Assembly: GCA_002441245.1 (NCBI GenBank)
Contig: DJVP01000012.1
Coordinates: 260,255-324,254, forward strand
Direction: 5' to 3'
Length of the DNA: 64,000 bases
From: Candidatus Omnitrophica bacterium UBA6253
GTDB lineage: Bacteria > Omnitrophota > Gorgyraeia > Gygaellales > Profunditerraquicolaceae
The translations under genes and the position numbers were made by a program. The stretch's first letter is position 1, and each line of letters starts with the position of its first letter. This document shows positions 49,363 to 59,616 of the stretch, one piece after another. The notes below the pieces were generated by a model. That model made no database searches. It was not told the origin of the DNA and saw only the letters and a program-made list of their open reading frames with translations.

Positions 49363-51132
49363 TTACCTGGGAATGGTGAAGAAAAATTTGGAACCGAGGC
49401 CTTCAGTACTTTCAACGCCAACGGAGCCAGAGTGAAGTTCTACGATATGCTTAACAATAGAAAGCCCGAGGCCTGTTCCTCCAAGCTCGCGCGAACGCGC
49501 CTTATCTACACGATAAAAACGTTCAAAAATACGCGGGATATCTTTTATGGGTATACCGGAACCGGAATCCTCCACAATAATCTTTATTTTGTCTGCAAGC
49601 TGTTCGGAATAAATCCGCACAAAACCTTTCTCTTTATTATACTTGATGGCATTGTTGACAAGATTGACCAAAACCTGTTCAATCTTACTTTTATCGGCAA
49701 ATATCTCTAAGCCCTGCGGCAGTTCAAAACTAAGCTCTACCCCCTTTTTCTTTGCCTGTGACTTAAACCCTAATACAACTTCACTGACCAACCCGGATAA
49801 TCCGAATTTATTCTTTGAGAATACAATCTCTTTTGATTCCATATGCGAAAGATCGAGCAGATCATTAATCAGGGTATCCAATCTATTTACATGTTTATTG
49901 ATTATTTCCAGGAAATTAAGGCTATTTTCTTTATCCTCCAACGCACCTTCAATCAACGTCTCCACAAAACCTTTTATAGAAGTAAGCGGGGTTTTTAATT
50001 CATGGGAAACATTAGCCACAAAATCCCGGCGAATTGTTTCAAGCCGGCGTATCTCAGTAATATCATGAATTACCGTAACAGAGCCGATTACTTTATCCTG
50101 TTCAAAAACTGGAGAAACATTTACCTGCGCTACTTTTTGCGCAGAAATAAGCAGCACTACCTCTTTTGAAATGAACTTAGCCGAACCCATCGCGTTATTT
50201 ATGAGCTCAGATATTTCGCTATTGCGTATGACTTCTAAGAAAAACTTTCCCCGCATCTGGGTTCTTTTAATATCAAATAATTCTTCAATAGCATGATTTA
50301 TAGAAATTATCCTGGAACTGCTATCTGTAACAATAATCCCCTCAATCATACTGTTAAAGATAGCCTCCAGATGCTGATTCTTGGTTGAAATCTCACGGAT
50401 CTTCTCTTCAATGTCCTGCGCCATTTTATTTAATGTAGCAGCGAGCTTGCCTATTTCATCGTCAGAACTCTGGAATATCCTGTGAGAAAAATCTCCTTGC
50501 GCAAATTTGGAAGAGGTATAAATTATACGATTAATCGGCCCGATTAATGCCTTAGCTAAGATTGAAGATAGGACAAAAGCAAGCCCCAACGTAAAAAACA
50601 ATCCTACGATGATCGTCTTTCTTACGACAAATAAAACCTTCTGCACACTGGTCAAGGGCAGGGCCAGCCTTAATACTCCAATATTAATATCGTTATTTTT
50701 AATGGGAATGGCTAAATAAAGCATATCTATTTTTAGGGTAGAAGAATAACGGATCTCCTGCCCAATCTGCCCCTTAAAAGCCTTAATTACTTCAGGCCGG
50801 TAAAGATGATTTTCTAAATTAGCTGTCTCCTGAAAAGAAACCCCCGAATCAGCTAATACTTTACCTTCAGGATTAATTATAGTAATACGCGATTTGATCC
50901 TCAGACCTAAATCCTTGCTTAGCTTATCCAGATATGTCGAATTATTTAAAACCGAAGGAACAGCAGAAATATTACTTTCTATAAGGCGGGCTTCATTGAT
51001 TAAAGAAGTTTTAATTTCCTGAAGTGATTTTTCTTCCAGGTTCTTGTCAAGAAAAAAGGCAATAAAACCCAAAGATATGAAAATAAGAAAAAGATAGGAT
51101 AAAATAAGTTTGAGCTTGAAACTAATCCTCAT
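49363..51132 (-). CDS. phoR: Phosphate-regulon sensor histidine kinase (PhoR-like: TM-HAMP-PAS-HisKA-HATPase)
   Basis: 589 aa with H-box VSHELKTPLTSIKGF, N-box LVNNAIKY and G-boxes DSGSGIP, GGTGLGLSI. Confidence 0.85.
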   Translation of the reverse strand: MRISFKLKLILSYLFLIFISLGFIAFFLDKNLEEKSLQEIKTSLINEARLIESNISAVPSVLNNSTYLDKLSKDLGLRIKSRITIINPEGKVLADSGVSFQETANLENHLYRPEVIKAFKGQIGQEIRYSSTLKIDMLYLAIPIKNNDINIGVLRLALPLTSVQKVLFVVRKTIIVGLFFTLGLAFVLSSILAKALIGPINRIIYTSSKFAQGDFSHRIFQSSDDEIGKLAATLNKMAQDIEEKIREISTKNQHLEAIFNSMIEGIIVTDSSSRIISINHAIEELFDIKRTQMRGKFFLEVIRNSEISELINNAMGSAKFISKEVVLLISAQKVAQVNVSPVFEQDKVIGSVTVIHDITEIRRLETIRRDFVANVSHELKTPLTSIKGFVETLIEGALEDKENSLNFLEIINKHVNRLDTLINDLLDLSHMESKEIVFSKNKFGLSGLVSEVVLGFKSQAKKKGVELSFELPQGLEIFADKSKIEQVLVNLVNNAIKYNKEKGFVRIYSEQLADKIKIIVEDSGSGIPIKDIPRIFERFYRVDKARSRELGGTGLGLSIVKHIVELHSGSVGVESTEGLGSKFFFTIPR

Positions 51133-51134
51133 AT

Positions 51135-51821
51135 TTATTTTGATTTAATCGCCAGAACCTTAATAAAATCAGCGCAATCTTCTATCTTATCAGTTACGCC
51201 TTCCAGATATTCCGCCAGCTGATAAGTCAGCAACAGACTAACCGGCTCAAGCTTTGCGTGAATAATAGCTTCGATCATCGCTTTTTTCTGGTCATCGGCT
51301 TCATGCTCTAAATGGTCGATCTCAGCGCTAAGCAACATGGCATTTTTTAACTCATTCTTGGTTAATGCAACTATAGCCTCCTGCAATTTAGAAATAGAGT
51401 TTACGATCAAATCCGTGCCTAAGGAAATATTCTTTAGTACGCCTTCGGGGATCTCGCCTTCAATAAAACCCAGAAGCCTGGCTGCGCCATTAGTCCAATC
51501 AGCTATTTTATCCAAAGTTTTTACAAAATGCATCATATCCTCCCTGTCAGGAGGCAGAAGCATGCCCTCGGAAAGCTGATCGATCATTTTAGAACGTAAG
51601 ACATCCGCCTGGTGCTCACTCTGCCTGACACTCTCAATTGCTTGTGTCTTGGCCTCAAGGTCTCCTTTAATAAAATATTTTACTGCCTCGGCAAAAAAAG
51701 CAACCGTCTTATAAGTTTCTTCTACATGCCTCTTGGCATCCTGAAGTATTGATTGTTCCTCTGCCATGCCTAACCAACCTAAGATATTCCTCGTTTCTTT
51801 CATTTTTACCTCCTTACCCAC
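51135..51821 (-). CDS. DUF47 / PhoU-related protein, the accessory partner of PiT transporters
   Basis: 228 aa helical protein of the Pit-accessory family, directly upstream of the PiT gene. Confidence 0.65.
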   Translation of the reverse strand: MGKEVKMKETRNILGWLGMAEEQSILQDAKRHVEETYKTVAFFAEAVKYFIKGDLEAKTQAIESVRQSEHQADVLRSKMIDQLSEGMLLPPDREDMMHFVKTLDKIADWTNGAARLLGFIEGEIPEGVLKNISLGTDLIVNSISKLQEAIVALTKNELKNAMLLSAEIDHLEHEADDQKKAMIEAIIHAKLEPVSLLLTYQLAEYLEGVTDKIEDCADFIKVLAIKSK

Positions 51822-51907
51822 AAGGGCATACTCGCGTAACCTGCGCTACCTAGCGCACACCGGCGCAATACCTATTAACGCCGGGTGATTATTAACGCGG
51901 AATCTTG

Positions 51908-52885
51908 TTAAATTTTTATAAACATTCTAATTACTTGCAGCACCATATAACTAATTAATCCAGAAATAAAAGGAGTGGCCATCCAGCAAATGATCATATC
52001 CTTCATTATGCGAAAGTTTAACACCCTGATCCCCCTGACCAAACCCACCCCGCAAATCGCACCGACTATAGAATGGCTGGTAGAAACAGGTATACCGAAA
52101 ACCGTATATAGATGCACATTAACTGCGCTGGCTAATTGCGCGGAAAGCGCCATAATCGGAAGCAAGCGGGTAATCTCTGACCCCACAGTCTCAATAACCT
52201 TATACCCCCAGGTCATTATACCTAAGACTATAGCTAAACCGCCAAAGGTTACGCTCATATTCTGCGTAAGCACTCCAACTCCGGAAATAACTCCCACGGA
52301 ATTAGCTACATCATTTGCCCCCCAGGTATATGCTACATAACATCCGCTGGCGATAACCAGAAAAAAAACAATTGGTTTTATGAATTTACGCGGAAAAAAA
52401 CGATAAAATAAATTTTGCAGAATCCTAAAGAATATATAACCTAAAATTGCCGCGCCTACAGGAGTAAAGATCCAGCAAGCAAATATATCCAGCAACATCT
52501 TCCATCTAACCGGGGCCCCGACTGCAAGACCCGCTCCCGCAACCGCTCCGACAATGGAATGGCTTGTAGAGATAGGAATCTTCCAATAAGTAGCAATAAT
52601 TACCCAAACACAAGCTGCAAACGTAGCCACTAAAGCCACGTACATAGAAACTTGTTTCTCCAGCTGGTCCAGTGGGACAATCCCCTTACCAACGGTTTTA
52701 GTTACATATGCGCCCTGTAGATACGCTCCTAAAAAACCAAAGATTACAATCAGAATGATTGCCTGACGCAAGGTTAGAACCTTTGAACCAACGGCAGTAC
52801 CCAAAGAATTAGCGGCATCATTAGCACCAATTGACCAACCCACTGCTAAACCCATAAGCAAAACTAGAATAACAAGCAATGCCAC
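51908..52885 (-). CDS. pit: Inorganic phosphate transporter, PiT family
   Basis: 325 aa with duplicated PiT signature GANDVANSVG / GANDAANSLGT. Confidence 0.88.
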   Translation of the reverse strand: MALLVILVLLMGLAVGWSIGANDAANSLGTAVGSKVLTLRQAIILIVIFGFLGAYLQGAYVTKTVGKGIVPLDQLEKQVSMYVALVATFAACVWVIIATYWKIPISTSHSIVGAVAGAGLAVGAPVRWKMLLDIFACWIFTPVGAAILGYIFFRILQNLFYRFFPRKFIKPIVFFLVIASGCYVAYTWGANDVANSVGVISGVGVLTQNMSVTFGGLAIVLGIMTWGYKVIETVGSEITRLLPIMALSAQLASAVNVHLYTVFGIPVSTSHSIVGAICGVGLVRGIRVLNFRIMKDMIICWMATPFISGLISYMVLQVIRMFIKI

Positions 52886-52892
52886 CTCTTAG

Positions 52893-53588
52893 TTACTCCT
52901 CTCCTGTTTCAAGCCTATAGCCGTAATTCTTAACCGTTACAATCATCTCAGCCAATGATCTAAGTTTCTTACGCAACGTCCTCACATGTACATCTACCGT
53001 GCGAGTCTGGATCTCCATGGCATGATCATAGCCCCAAATAGAATCCAAAAGATAATCCCGGGATAAAACCCTTCCCTTAGCTTTAAGCAAAGTTTTCAAC
53101 AGTTCAAATTCTTTAGCTGTAAGCTCAACCGGTTTATCCTTAACGCTTACAGATATTCTGGCAAAATCTATTCTCAGGCCGCCCGATTGAAATATTTCGG
53201 GAGTTTTCTCTTTTTCAGCTGCCCTACGTAACACCGCTTTTATGCGGGCAATCAGTTCACGTGGACTGAATGGTTTAGTAATATAATCATCAGCTCCTAA
53301 TTCTAAACCCACCACCTTATCTGACTCCTGACTTTTAGCAGTAAGCATAATTATGGGGATAGGGGCGGTTTTAGTGTCTTTTCTTAAAGTTCTGCATACC
53401 TCCAGGCCATCTATCCCCGGAAGCATTAAATCCAATAAAATAAGGTCGGGGTATTCACGCAAAGCTAAATCAAGGGCATCCTCTCCGTCTCGGGCAGCAA
53501 TAACCTTAAAACCTTCTTTCTTAAGGTTATACTCCAGCATTTTAATAATATCTTTCTCGTCTTCAACAATCAGGATCTTCTCTTTCAT
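52893..53588 (-). CDS. phoB: OmpR/PhoB-family response regulator
   Basis: Start taken at MKEKILIVEDEKD. Receiver (LILLDLMLPGIDG) plus winged-helix output (VDVHVRTLRKKL). Confidence 0.88.
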   Translation of the reverse strand: MKEKILIVEDEKDIIKMLEYNLKKEGFKVIAARDGEDALDLALREYPDLILLDLMLPGIDGLEVCRTLRKDTKTAPIPIIMLTAKSQESDKVVGLELGADDYITKPFSPRELIARIKAVLRRAAEKEKTPEIFQSGGLRIDFARISVSVKDKPVELTAKEFELLKTLLKAKGRVLSRDYLLDSIWGYDHAMEIQTRTVDVHVRTLRKKLRSLAEMIVTVKNYGYRLETGEE

Positions 53589-54265
53589 CCTGTACCTTCT
53601 CTCCTGCCCTTGCACACATTTACGCAAATACCGCAAACATAAGAATCAACCTGGCGCTGCTTTTGAAACTCCCTTAGTTTTTCAAAACATTTGGCATGCT
53701 CAAACTGCAGCGGATCATCTTTTATGGCCTGCGCAGGACATATTTTAACACAAAGCCGGCACAAACCGCAATCTTCTTTTACCGGCTCATCCGGCTCAAG
53801 CGGCATATCAGTTAATATGGTTACCAGGCGAAACTGACTACCTAATTTTCTATTTACCAAAAGATTATTCCTGCCGATCCAACCTAACCCCGCTAAAACC
53901 CCTAATTTTCTATGTGATGCATGCGCGCTCATCTTCTCCCAGTCGATAATCTGAGAGGTCGGGATACCCAGGCTAAGATACCCCTTTTTTTGTATATAAT
54001 TCCCCACTCTCAAAGCTACTTGATCTAAAAACATATTCACCATCCGGTAATGATGAAAATACATTCTTGTAGGAACCTGCTCTATCTCAGCCAAAGCAGC
54101 CTGCGAAATACGTAAACCTAAGCATACCGCACGGTCCATCCTTGCCAAAACCCTAGGCGCAATTAAAAACTCATGCTTTATATTTTTTATATCAGCAATA
54201 CCGAAGAGGTCAATTTCCAGTGATAAACAAAATTTCCTAAGTTCAAGTTTACTATTATTGGGCAT
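53585..54265 (-). CDS. QueG-like (epoxyqueuosine reductase family) 4Fe-4S protein, short form
   Basis: 226 aa with SHRKLGVLAGLGWIGRNNLLV and CGLCRLCVKICPAQAI. Confidence 0.45.
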   Translation of the reverse strand: MPNNSKLELRKFCLSLEIDLFGIADIKNIKHEFLIAPRVLARMDRAVCLGLRISQAALAEIEQVPTRMYFHHYRMVNMFLDQVALRVGNYIQKKGYLSLGIPTSQIIDWEKMSAHASHRKLGVLAGLGWIGRNNLLVNRKLGSQFRLVTILTDMPLEPDEPVKEDCGLCRLCVKICPAQAIKDDPLQFEHAKCFEKLREFQKQRQVDSYVCGICVNVCKGRREGTG

Positions 54266-56114
54266 TGACCTTCCTTATATAAACCATGAGCAAGGAAATC
54301 GCAGCAGGAGTAACTCCGGAAATCCGTGATGCCTGCCCCAGGTTGAGCGGCTTAAATTTAACTAACTTTTCTCTTATTTCCCGGGATATCCCGGATAAAC
54401 TACTATAATCAAAATCAAACGGCAACCTTATTTTCTCAAGGTGTTTAAAACGCTCAACATCCTTAAGCTGCCTCTGAATGAAACCGGAATATTTTACCTC
54501 TATTTCAATCTGTTGCCAAGCAGATTCAGGTATGCCGGTTTTTAACTTATGCATTGTTTTCAAATCTTTAATACGTATTTGCGGCCGTTTTAACAATTCC
54601 TCCAGGCTTACTATCCGCTTAATTGCAGAAGAACCAAGTTGCGTTAATTTAATATTAATCTTATTGTCCGGCCTGATACGCGTTTTTCTTAAGAAAGCTA
54701 GCCCCTCCTTTATGCCCTTTTGTTTATTTTTAACTTTGCGGTAAATTGCCGCACTCAACAGGCCTAAATCAAAACCAATTTTGCTTAAACGTAAATCCGC
54801 ATTATCTTCACGCAAAATAAGCCGGTATTCCACACGGGAAGTAAACATGCGATACGGCTCCAGGGTTCCTTTGGTAGTTAAGTCGTCAATCAGAACTCCG
54901 ATATAACTACTGGCACGGTCCAGAATAAACGGCTCTTTATTCTGGATACGCAAGAAGGCATTAATTCCCGCAACTAATCCCTGCGCCGCAGCTTCCTCAT
55001 AACCCGTAGTGCCGTTAATTTGCCCTGCCAGGTAAAGATTCTTAATTAGTTTTGTTTCAAGGTTCGGATAAAGCTGTGTTGGTTCAACTACAATATGCTC
55101 AATACCATAACCAAAACGGGCCACCTTGACATTTTCTAATCCCGCGATAGAACCTAAAATTTTAATCTGTACATCTTCGGGCAAACTGGTAGAGATGCCA
55201 TTAGGATAGACCTCGCAAACCCCCAAACCTTCAGGCTCCAAGAATACCTGATGCCTTTCTTTACCGCTGAATTTGACGATTTTATCTTCTATTGACGGAC
55301 AATACCTTACTCCGGTAGACTTGATTTTACCGGAATAAAGCGGAGAACGATCCAGGTTGGCACGGATAATTTCATGTGTCTTCTTATTGGTATAAGTTAT
55401 GTAACAGGGAATTTGTTTCTGTTTGAGTTTTAGCGTAGAAAATGAGAACGGTTTGGGAATAGCATCGCCATCCTGCCTGACAAGATTAGAAAAATCTATA
55501 GTGTGTTTATCCAGGCGCGGGCAGGTCCCGGTTTTAAAACGCAGCAGGTTAAAACCTAATCTCTTTAAGTTATCCGCAAGGCCAATGCTTGCACGTTCAT
55601 TAATCCTGCCGCCGCTAAAATGCCTTAACCCTATATGGATCAAGCCATCCAGGAATGTCCCAGGGCAAATAACCACGCATTTAGCGCGAATCTCTTCTTT
55701 ATCTGTTACTACTCCTGAAATCTTTCCATTACCAACGATTAATTTCTTTGCCTCTGCCTCTTTTATTACTAGATTTTTCTGGTTGATAAGCAATTTCTGC
55801 ATATAGCGGCCGTATTTATGCATATCAATCTGGGCCCGGGATGACTGCACAGCCGCGCCTTTAGAAGAATTAAGGATGCGAAATTGTATCGCGCAGGCAT
55901 CCGCTGCCTTAGCCATAACTCCGCCTAAAGCATCGATCTCTTTTACCAATTGCCCTTTACCTACGCCGCCGATAGCCGGGTTACAGCTCATTTTACCAAT
56001 AGAATTAATATCAAGGGTAAGCATAAGGGTTTTCGCACCCAGGCGGGCACAAGCAAGAGACGCTTCGATGCCGGCATGGCCGGCACCGACAACAATCACA
56101 TCAAAATTGTTCAT
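54255..56114 (-). CDS. mnmG: tRNA uridine 5-carboxymethylaminomethyl modification enzyme MnmG (GidA)
   Basis: 619 aa. N-terminal FAD motif DVIVVGAGHAGIEA and the conserved MnmG C-terminal domain. Confidence 0.95.
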   Translation of the reverse strand: MNNFDVIVVGAGHAGIEASLACARLGAKTLMLTLDINSIGKMSCNPAIGGVGKGQLVKEIDALGGVMAKAADACAIQFRILNSSKGAAVQSSRAQIDMHKYGRYMQKLLINQKNLVIKEAEAKKLIVGNGKISGVVTDKEEIRAKCVVICPGTFLDGLIHIGLRHFSGGRINERASIGLADNLKRLGFNLLRFKTGTCPRLDKHTIDFSNLVRQDGDAIPKPFSFSTLKLKQKQIPCYITYTNKKTHEIIRANLDRSPLYSGKIKSTGVRYCPSIEDKIVKFSGKERHQVFLEPEGLGVCEVYPNGISTSLPEDVQIKILGSIAGLENVKVARFGYGIEHIVVEPTQLYPNLETKLIKNLYLAGQINGTTGYEEAAAQGLVAGINAFLRIQNKEPFILDRASSYIGVLIDDLTTKGTLEPYRMFTSRVEYRLILREDNADLRLSKIGFDLGLLSAAIYRKVKNKQKGIKEGLAFLRKTRIRPDNKINIKLTQLGSSAIKRIVSLEELLKRPQIRIKDLKTMHKLKTGIPESAWQQIEIEVKYSGFIQRQLKDVERFKHLEKIRLPFDFDYSSLSGISREIREKLVKFKPLNLGQASRISGVTPAAISLLMVYIRKVNAQ

Positions 56115-56138
56115 GGAGATATTTTAAGGGAAACTAAA

Positions 56139-58436
56139 CTAACACTTAGAGTAACCACAGGCATGGCATTTAACACAGCCTTCCTCGTGGCGCAGGGCGC
56201 CTCCGCAATCAGGACAAACACCGACAATATTTACCTGCTCATTTAAATCCGAAGACTGTAGTTGATCATCATGCGAATGTTTCATCGGAATAGTCATAGA
56301 TTCTGCCTCAAGCCTTGCAGGCGCCTGCGCATTAACCAAGCGGCGCTCCACAACACGGGCAATAGCATCGGCGCAAGAGAATATCCTCTGCCCCTTTTCC
56401 CAGGAAGGAGACGGGCAGCGTATATTACGCAGCTGTTCAATAATAGATTTTACTTCAATGCCGGCGCGAAAGGCTAAAGAAACAAGGCGACCGGTAGCCT
56501 CAAGCTGGCTGGCAGCACAGCCGCCGGCTTTACCCATCTGGGTAAATAGCTCAAAGGGCTTACCGTCTTCGTCGACGTTTATGGTTACATAGAGGTTACC
56601 GCAGCCCGTAGATACTTTAGTTGTCGTACCGATGATTACTTCCGGACGGGGGCGCGGGGCGATCTCTTTTTTTGTTTCCAGCGCAGCTTTTATTTCTTGC
56701 TTTTCTTTGGGTTTTCCGACATTTAACACTTGTTCTTCGCGGCTCTTATCGCGGTAGATAGTTATGCCTTTGCAGTTTAAATCAAATGCCAGGACATAAG
56801 ACTTACGCACCTCTTCAATAGTTGCTTCGTGCGAAAAATTAATGGTTTTAGAGGTTGCATTGTGCACATATTTTTGAAAGGCTGCCTGCATACGCACATG
56901 CCACTCCGGAGAGATATCATGCGAGGTCACAAATACCCGGCGCACATCTTCAGGGATCTCTTTTATATCTTTAATTGAAGCACTCTCAGCAATCTTCTCC
57001 ATGAGTTTAAGGCTATAAAATCCTTTTTCGCGCGCCACCTGTTCAAATAACGGCTCAACCTCAACCAGCTTATCATTATCCATAACTTTACGGTAATATG
57101 ATATCGCGAACAACGGCTCAATACCCGATGAGCAAGGGCCGGCAATAATGCTTATTGTACCCGTAGGGGCAATAGTTGTCAGTGTGGCATTACGCATCCT
57201 GGTTGAACCGTCTTTTTTATCATAAATGCTGCCTTTAAAAGCCGGGAATACGCCTTTTGTTTTACCTAGTTCCAGAGACTTTTTATTCGCCTCATCCAGG
57301 ATAAATCCCATTACCTTTTCCGCCAAAGCCACAGCCTCTTCGCTATTGTAAGGTATATTCAGGCGGATCAATAAACTTGCCCAACCCATAACACCTAACC
57401 CTATTTTACGGGTAGCCTTGGTAGCCTTTTCAATTTCCGGCAGCGGGAATCTATTTACATCAATTAAATTATCCAGAAAATGCACTGCCAGTGCAGTTAC
57501 CTCCTTAAGCCTTTCCCAATCAATTTCACAGCGTAAACCAACCTTCCTGCACATCTGGTCTAAGTTTATCGAACCTAAATCACAACTTTCATAAGGCAAT
57601 AGTGGCTGTTCGCCGCAGGGATTGGTGCTTTCAACTTTTCCTAATTTAGGGGTAGGGTTATATTGATTGATACGGTCAATAAAAATTATCCCCGGCTCAC
57701 CGTTCTTGTGTGCCTGCTTGACAATGAGATCAAACACATCCTTGGCATTAATCTTCTGAACCGGCTTATGCGTATGCGGATCAATCAAATCATAATCCTC
57801 GCCACGGGAAAGCCTAAGCATAAATTCATCGGTTATGGCAACGGAAATATTAAAATTAGTAATGTGGTTATTATTTTCTTTACAGGTAATAAATTCCATA
57901 ATATCCGGATGATCCACGCGCAATATGCCCATATTCGCACCGCGGCGCGTCCCCCCCTGTTTGACTGCCTCAGTCGCCGCGTCATAAACACGCATAAATG
58001 AAATAGGCCCGCTGGCGACTCCCCCGGTAGTCTTGACCACGGCGTTTTTCGGCCGCAGACGGGAAAAATTAAAACCTGTCCCGCCTCCGGACTTATGAAT
58101 AAGGCTGGTGATCTTTAAGGTTTCAAAAATAGATTCCATTGAGTCTTCGATAGGAAGAGTAAAGCAAGCGGAAAGCTGGCCCAAATCCTTTCCTGCATTC
58201 ATAAGACACGGAGAATTCGGCAAGAACTCTAAATTAGACATAATCTTAAAAAATGAGTCCTGAAGTTTCTTTACATCCTGCTCAGTCCTGCCGTATTGTT
58301 TATCCGCAATAGCGATAGCGCTGGCAACGCGAATAAACATCTGCTCTGGAGTTTCAATAAGCCTGCCCTCTTCGTCCTTACGAAGATACCTGCGTTCGAG
58401 AACTTTGATGGCATTGGGGGATAACTTTAAATCCAT
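56139..58436 (-). CDS. nrdJ: Class II (adenosylcobalamin-dependent) ribonucleotide reductase
   Basis: 765 aa. RNR active-site region (NPCGEQPL, SGGGTG) and a C-terminal Cys4 zinc ribbon CPDCGG...CVKCHACG. Confidence 0.9.
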   Translation of the reverse strand: MDLKLSPNAIKVLERRYLRKDEEGRLIETPEQMFIRVASAIAIADKQYGRTEQDVKKLQDSFFKIMSNLEFLPNSPCLMNAGKDLGQLSACFTLPIEDSMESIFETLKITSLIHKSGGGTGFNFSRLRPKNAVVKTTGGVASGPISFMRVYDAATEAVKQGGTRRGANMGILRVDHPDIMEFITCKENNNHITNFNISVAITDEFMLRLSRGEDYDLIDPHTHKPVQKINAKDVFDLIVKQAHKNGEPGIIFIDRINQYNPTPKLGKVESTNPCGEQPLLPYESCDLGSINLDQMCRKVGLRCEIDWERLKEVTALAVHFLDNLIDVNRFPLPEIEKATKATRKIGLGVMGWASLLIRLNIPYNSEEAVALAEKVMGFILDEANKKSLELGKTKGVFPAFKGSIYDKKDGSTRMRNATLTTIAPTGTISIIAGPCSSGIEPLFAISYYRKVMDNDKLVEVEPLFEQVAREKGFYSLKLMEKIAESASIKDIKEIPEDVRRVFVTSHDISPEWHVRMQAAFQKYVHNATSKTINFSHEATIEEVRKSYVLAFDLNCKGITIYRDKSREEQVLNVGKPKEKQEIKAALETKKEIAPRPRPEVIIGTTTKVSTGCGNLYVTINVDEDGKPFELFTQMGKAGGCAASQLEATGRLVSLAFRAGIEVKSIIEQLRNIRCPSPSWEKGQRIFSCADAIARVVERRLVNAQAPARLEAESMTIPMKHSHDDQLQSSDLNEQVNIVGVCPDCGGALRHEEGCVKCHACGYSKC

Positions 58437-58483
58437 ATTTCACCTCGATTAAATAAGGAAGGTTAATTTCAAATCACCTCAGC

Positions 58484-58512
58484 AATATAACAAAAGGAGC
58501 TTACATTGTCAA
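58484..58512 (-). promoter_or_regulatory. Sigma70-type promoter of nrdJ
   Basis: Minus strand: TTGACA (plus 58507-58512), a 17-nt spacer, TATATT (plus 58484-58489). Then about a 45-nt UTR with AGGTGA before the ATG. Confidence 0.5.
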
Positions 58513-58575
58513 CAAAAAAATTACAAGATATGGTGTAGATATACATTGTAATATACAATAGATTGTATTAAGAGC

Positions 58576-59601
58576 TTATCCGCCGGAAAATGGCTTGCAG
58601 GATTCCCGGATGACTAATTCCGCAGGAAGCAGAATCTTTTTTGGCGAATTTTTCTTTAAAGCAATCAGGCGATTTAACTCTTTAACACTCTCTTCGGCCA
58701 TACGGATTAACGGCTGGCGCACCGTGGTAAGGGCAACCGGGCCATAAAGGCCCGAAGGATTATCATCAAAACCGACAATCGATAAATCTCCCGGAATATT
58801 CTTACCCAGTTCGCGGGCAACAGCCATTACCTCAAGGGCCATAGAATCAGAGGCAACAAAAACAGCAGTTGCCGGGTCAAGGGCCTTAATCAGGCTCTCG
58901 GCCGCGCTTCGAGCCTGCCCCCGGGAATAATCGGTATAAAAAATGTAATCCTCTCTCAACTTAATACTATTCTTCTCCAATGCCCGCTTATACCCTTCCA
59001 GGCGCTTTGCCGCTGCCTGAGTCATTACGTCGCCAGTAATATGCGCTATTTTCTTATGCCCTAATTCAATCAAATAATTAACCGCGTTCTCCGCGCCTCC
59101 GCAATTATCTACGGCAATACAGGAAACATCCATATCTTCCACGTAATAATTGATAACTACGGTGGGGATCCCTTTTTCTAGGCTATCTTCCAATTGGACG
59201 CGGTTGCCTATGATGTCAGAAAAGATCATGCCACCTACCCCGCGCAAAGACAGTGCAGAACGGGCATCAGTAAGATGCAAAAGCAAATCCAGCTTCAATG
59301 CCTCGCACATCGTGCCTACGCCACGAATAATCTCCAAGGCATAGAACGAATAGAAAACACCTTCGTAGCGGGGGATAACTAAGGCTACTACATTGCTTTT
59401 TCCGGTTGCAAGGCGCTGCGCAAAGATAGACGGTTGGAATTTTAAATCCTTAATCACATTCATCACCCTGATACGATTCTTTGCTTTTACGGTTCCTATT
59501 TTATTAATTACCCGCGAAACAGTGGTAATGGATACACCGCTTTCCCGGGCAACATCCATAATAGAAATATTCTTAGGAGAAGGTTTCTTAGTGCGTGTCA
59601 T
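58576..59601 (-). CDS. LacI-family transcriptional regulator
   Basis: 341 aa. N-terminal HTH (IMDVARESGVSITTVSRVIN) plus a periplasmic-binding-protein-like sugar domain. Confidence 0.85.
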   Translation of the reverse strand: MTRTKKPSPKNISIMDVARESGVSITTVSRVINKIGTVKAKNRIRVMNVIKDLKFQPSIFAQRLATGKSNVVALVIPRYEGVFYSFYALEIIRGVGTMCEALKLDLLLHLTDARSALSLRGVGGMIFSDIIGNRVQLEDSLEKGIPTVVINYYVEDMDVSCIAVDNCGGAENAVNYLIELGHKKIAHITGDVMTQAAAKRLEGYKRALEKNSIKLREDYIFYTDYSRGQARSAAESLIKALDPATAVFVASDSMALEVMAVARELGKNIPGDLSIVGFDDNPSGLYGPVALTTVRQPLIRMAEESVKELNRLIALKKNSPKKILLPAELVIRESCKPFSGG

Positions 59602-59616
59602 TATATTACAAGGAAG

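Noticed and set aside
58437-58575. Cobalamin riboswitch upstream of the B12-dependent nrdJ
   Set aside because: The 5' UTR is only about 45 nt after a clear promoter. That is far too short for a cobalamin riboswitch, and B12 riboswitches normally control B12-independent isozymes.
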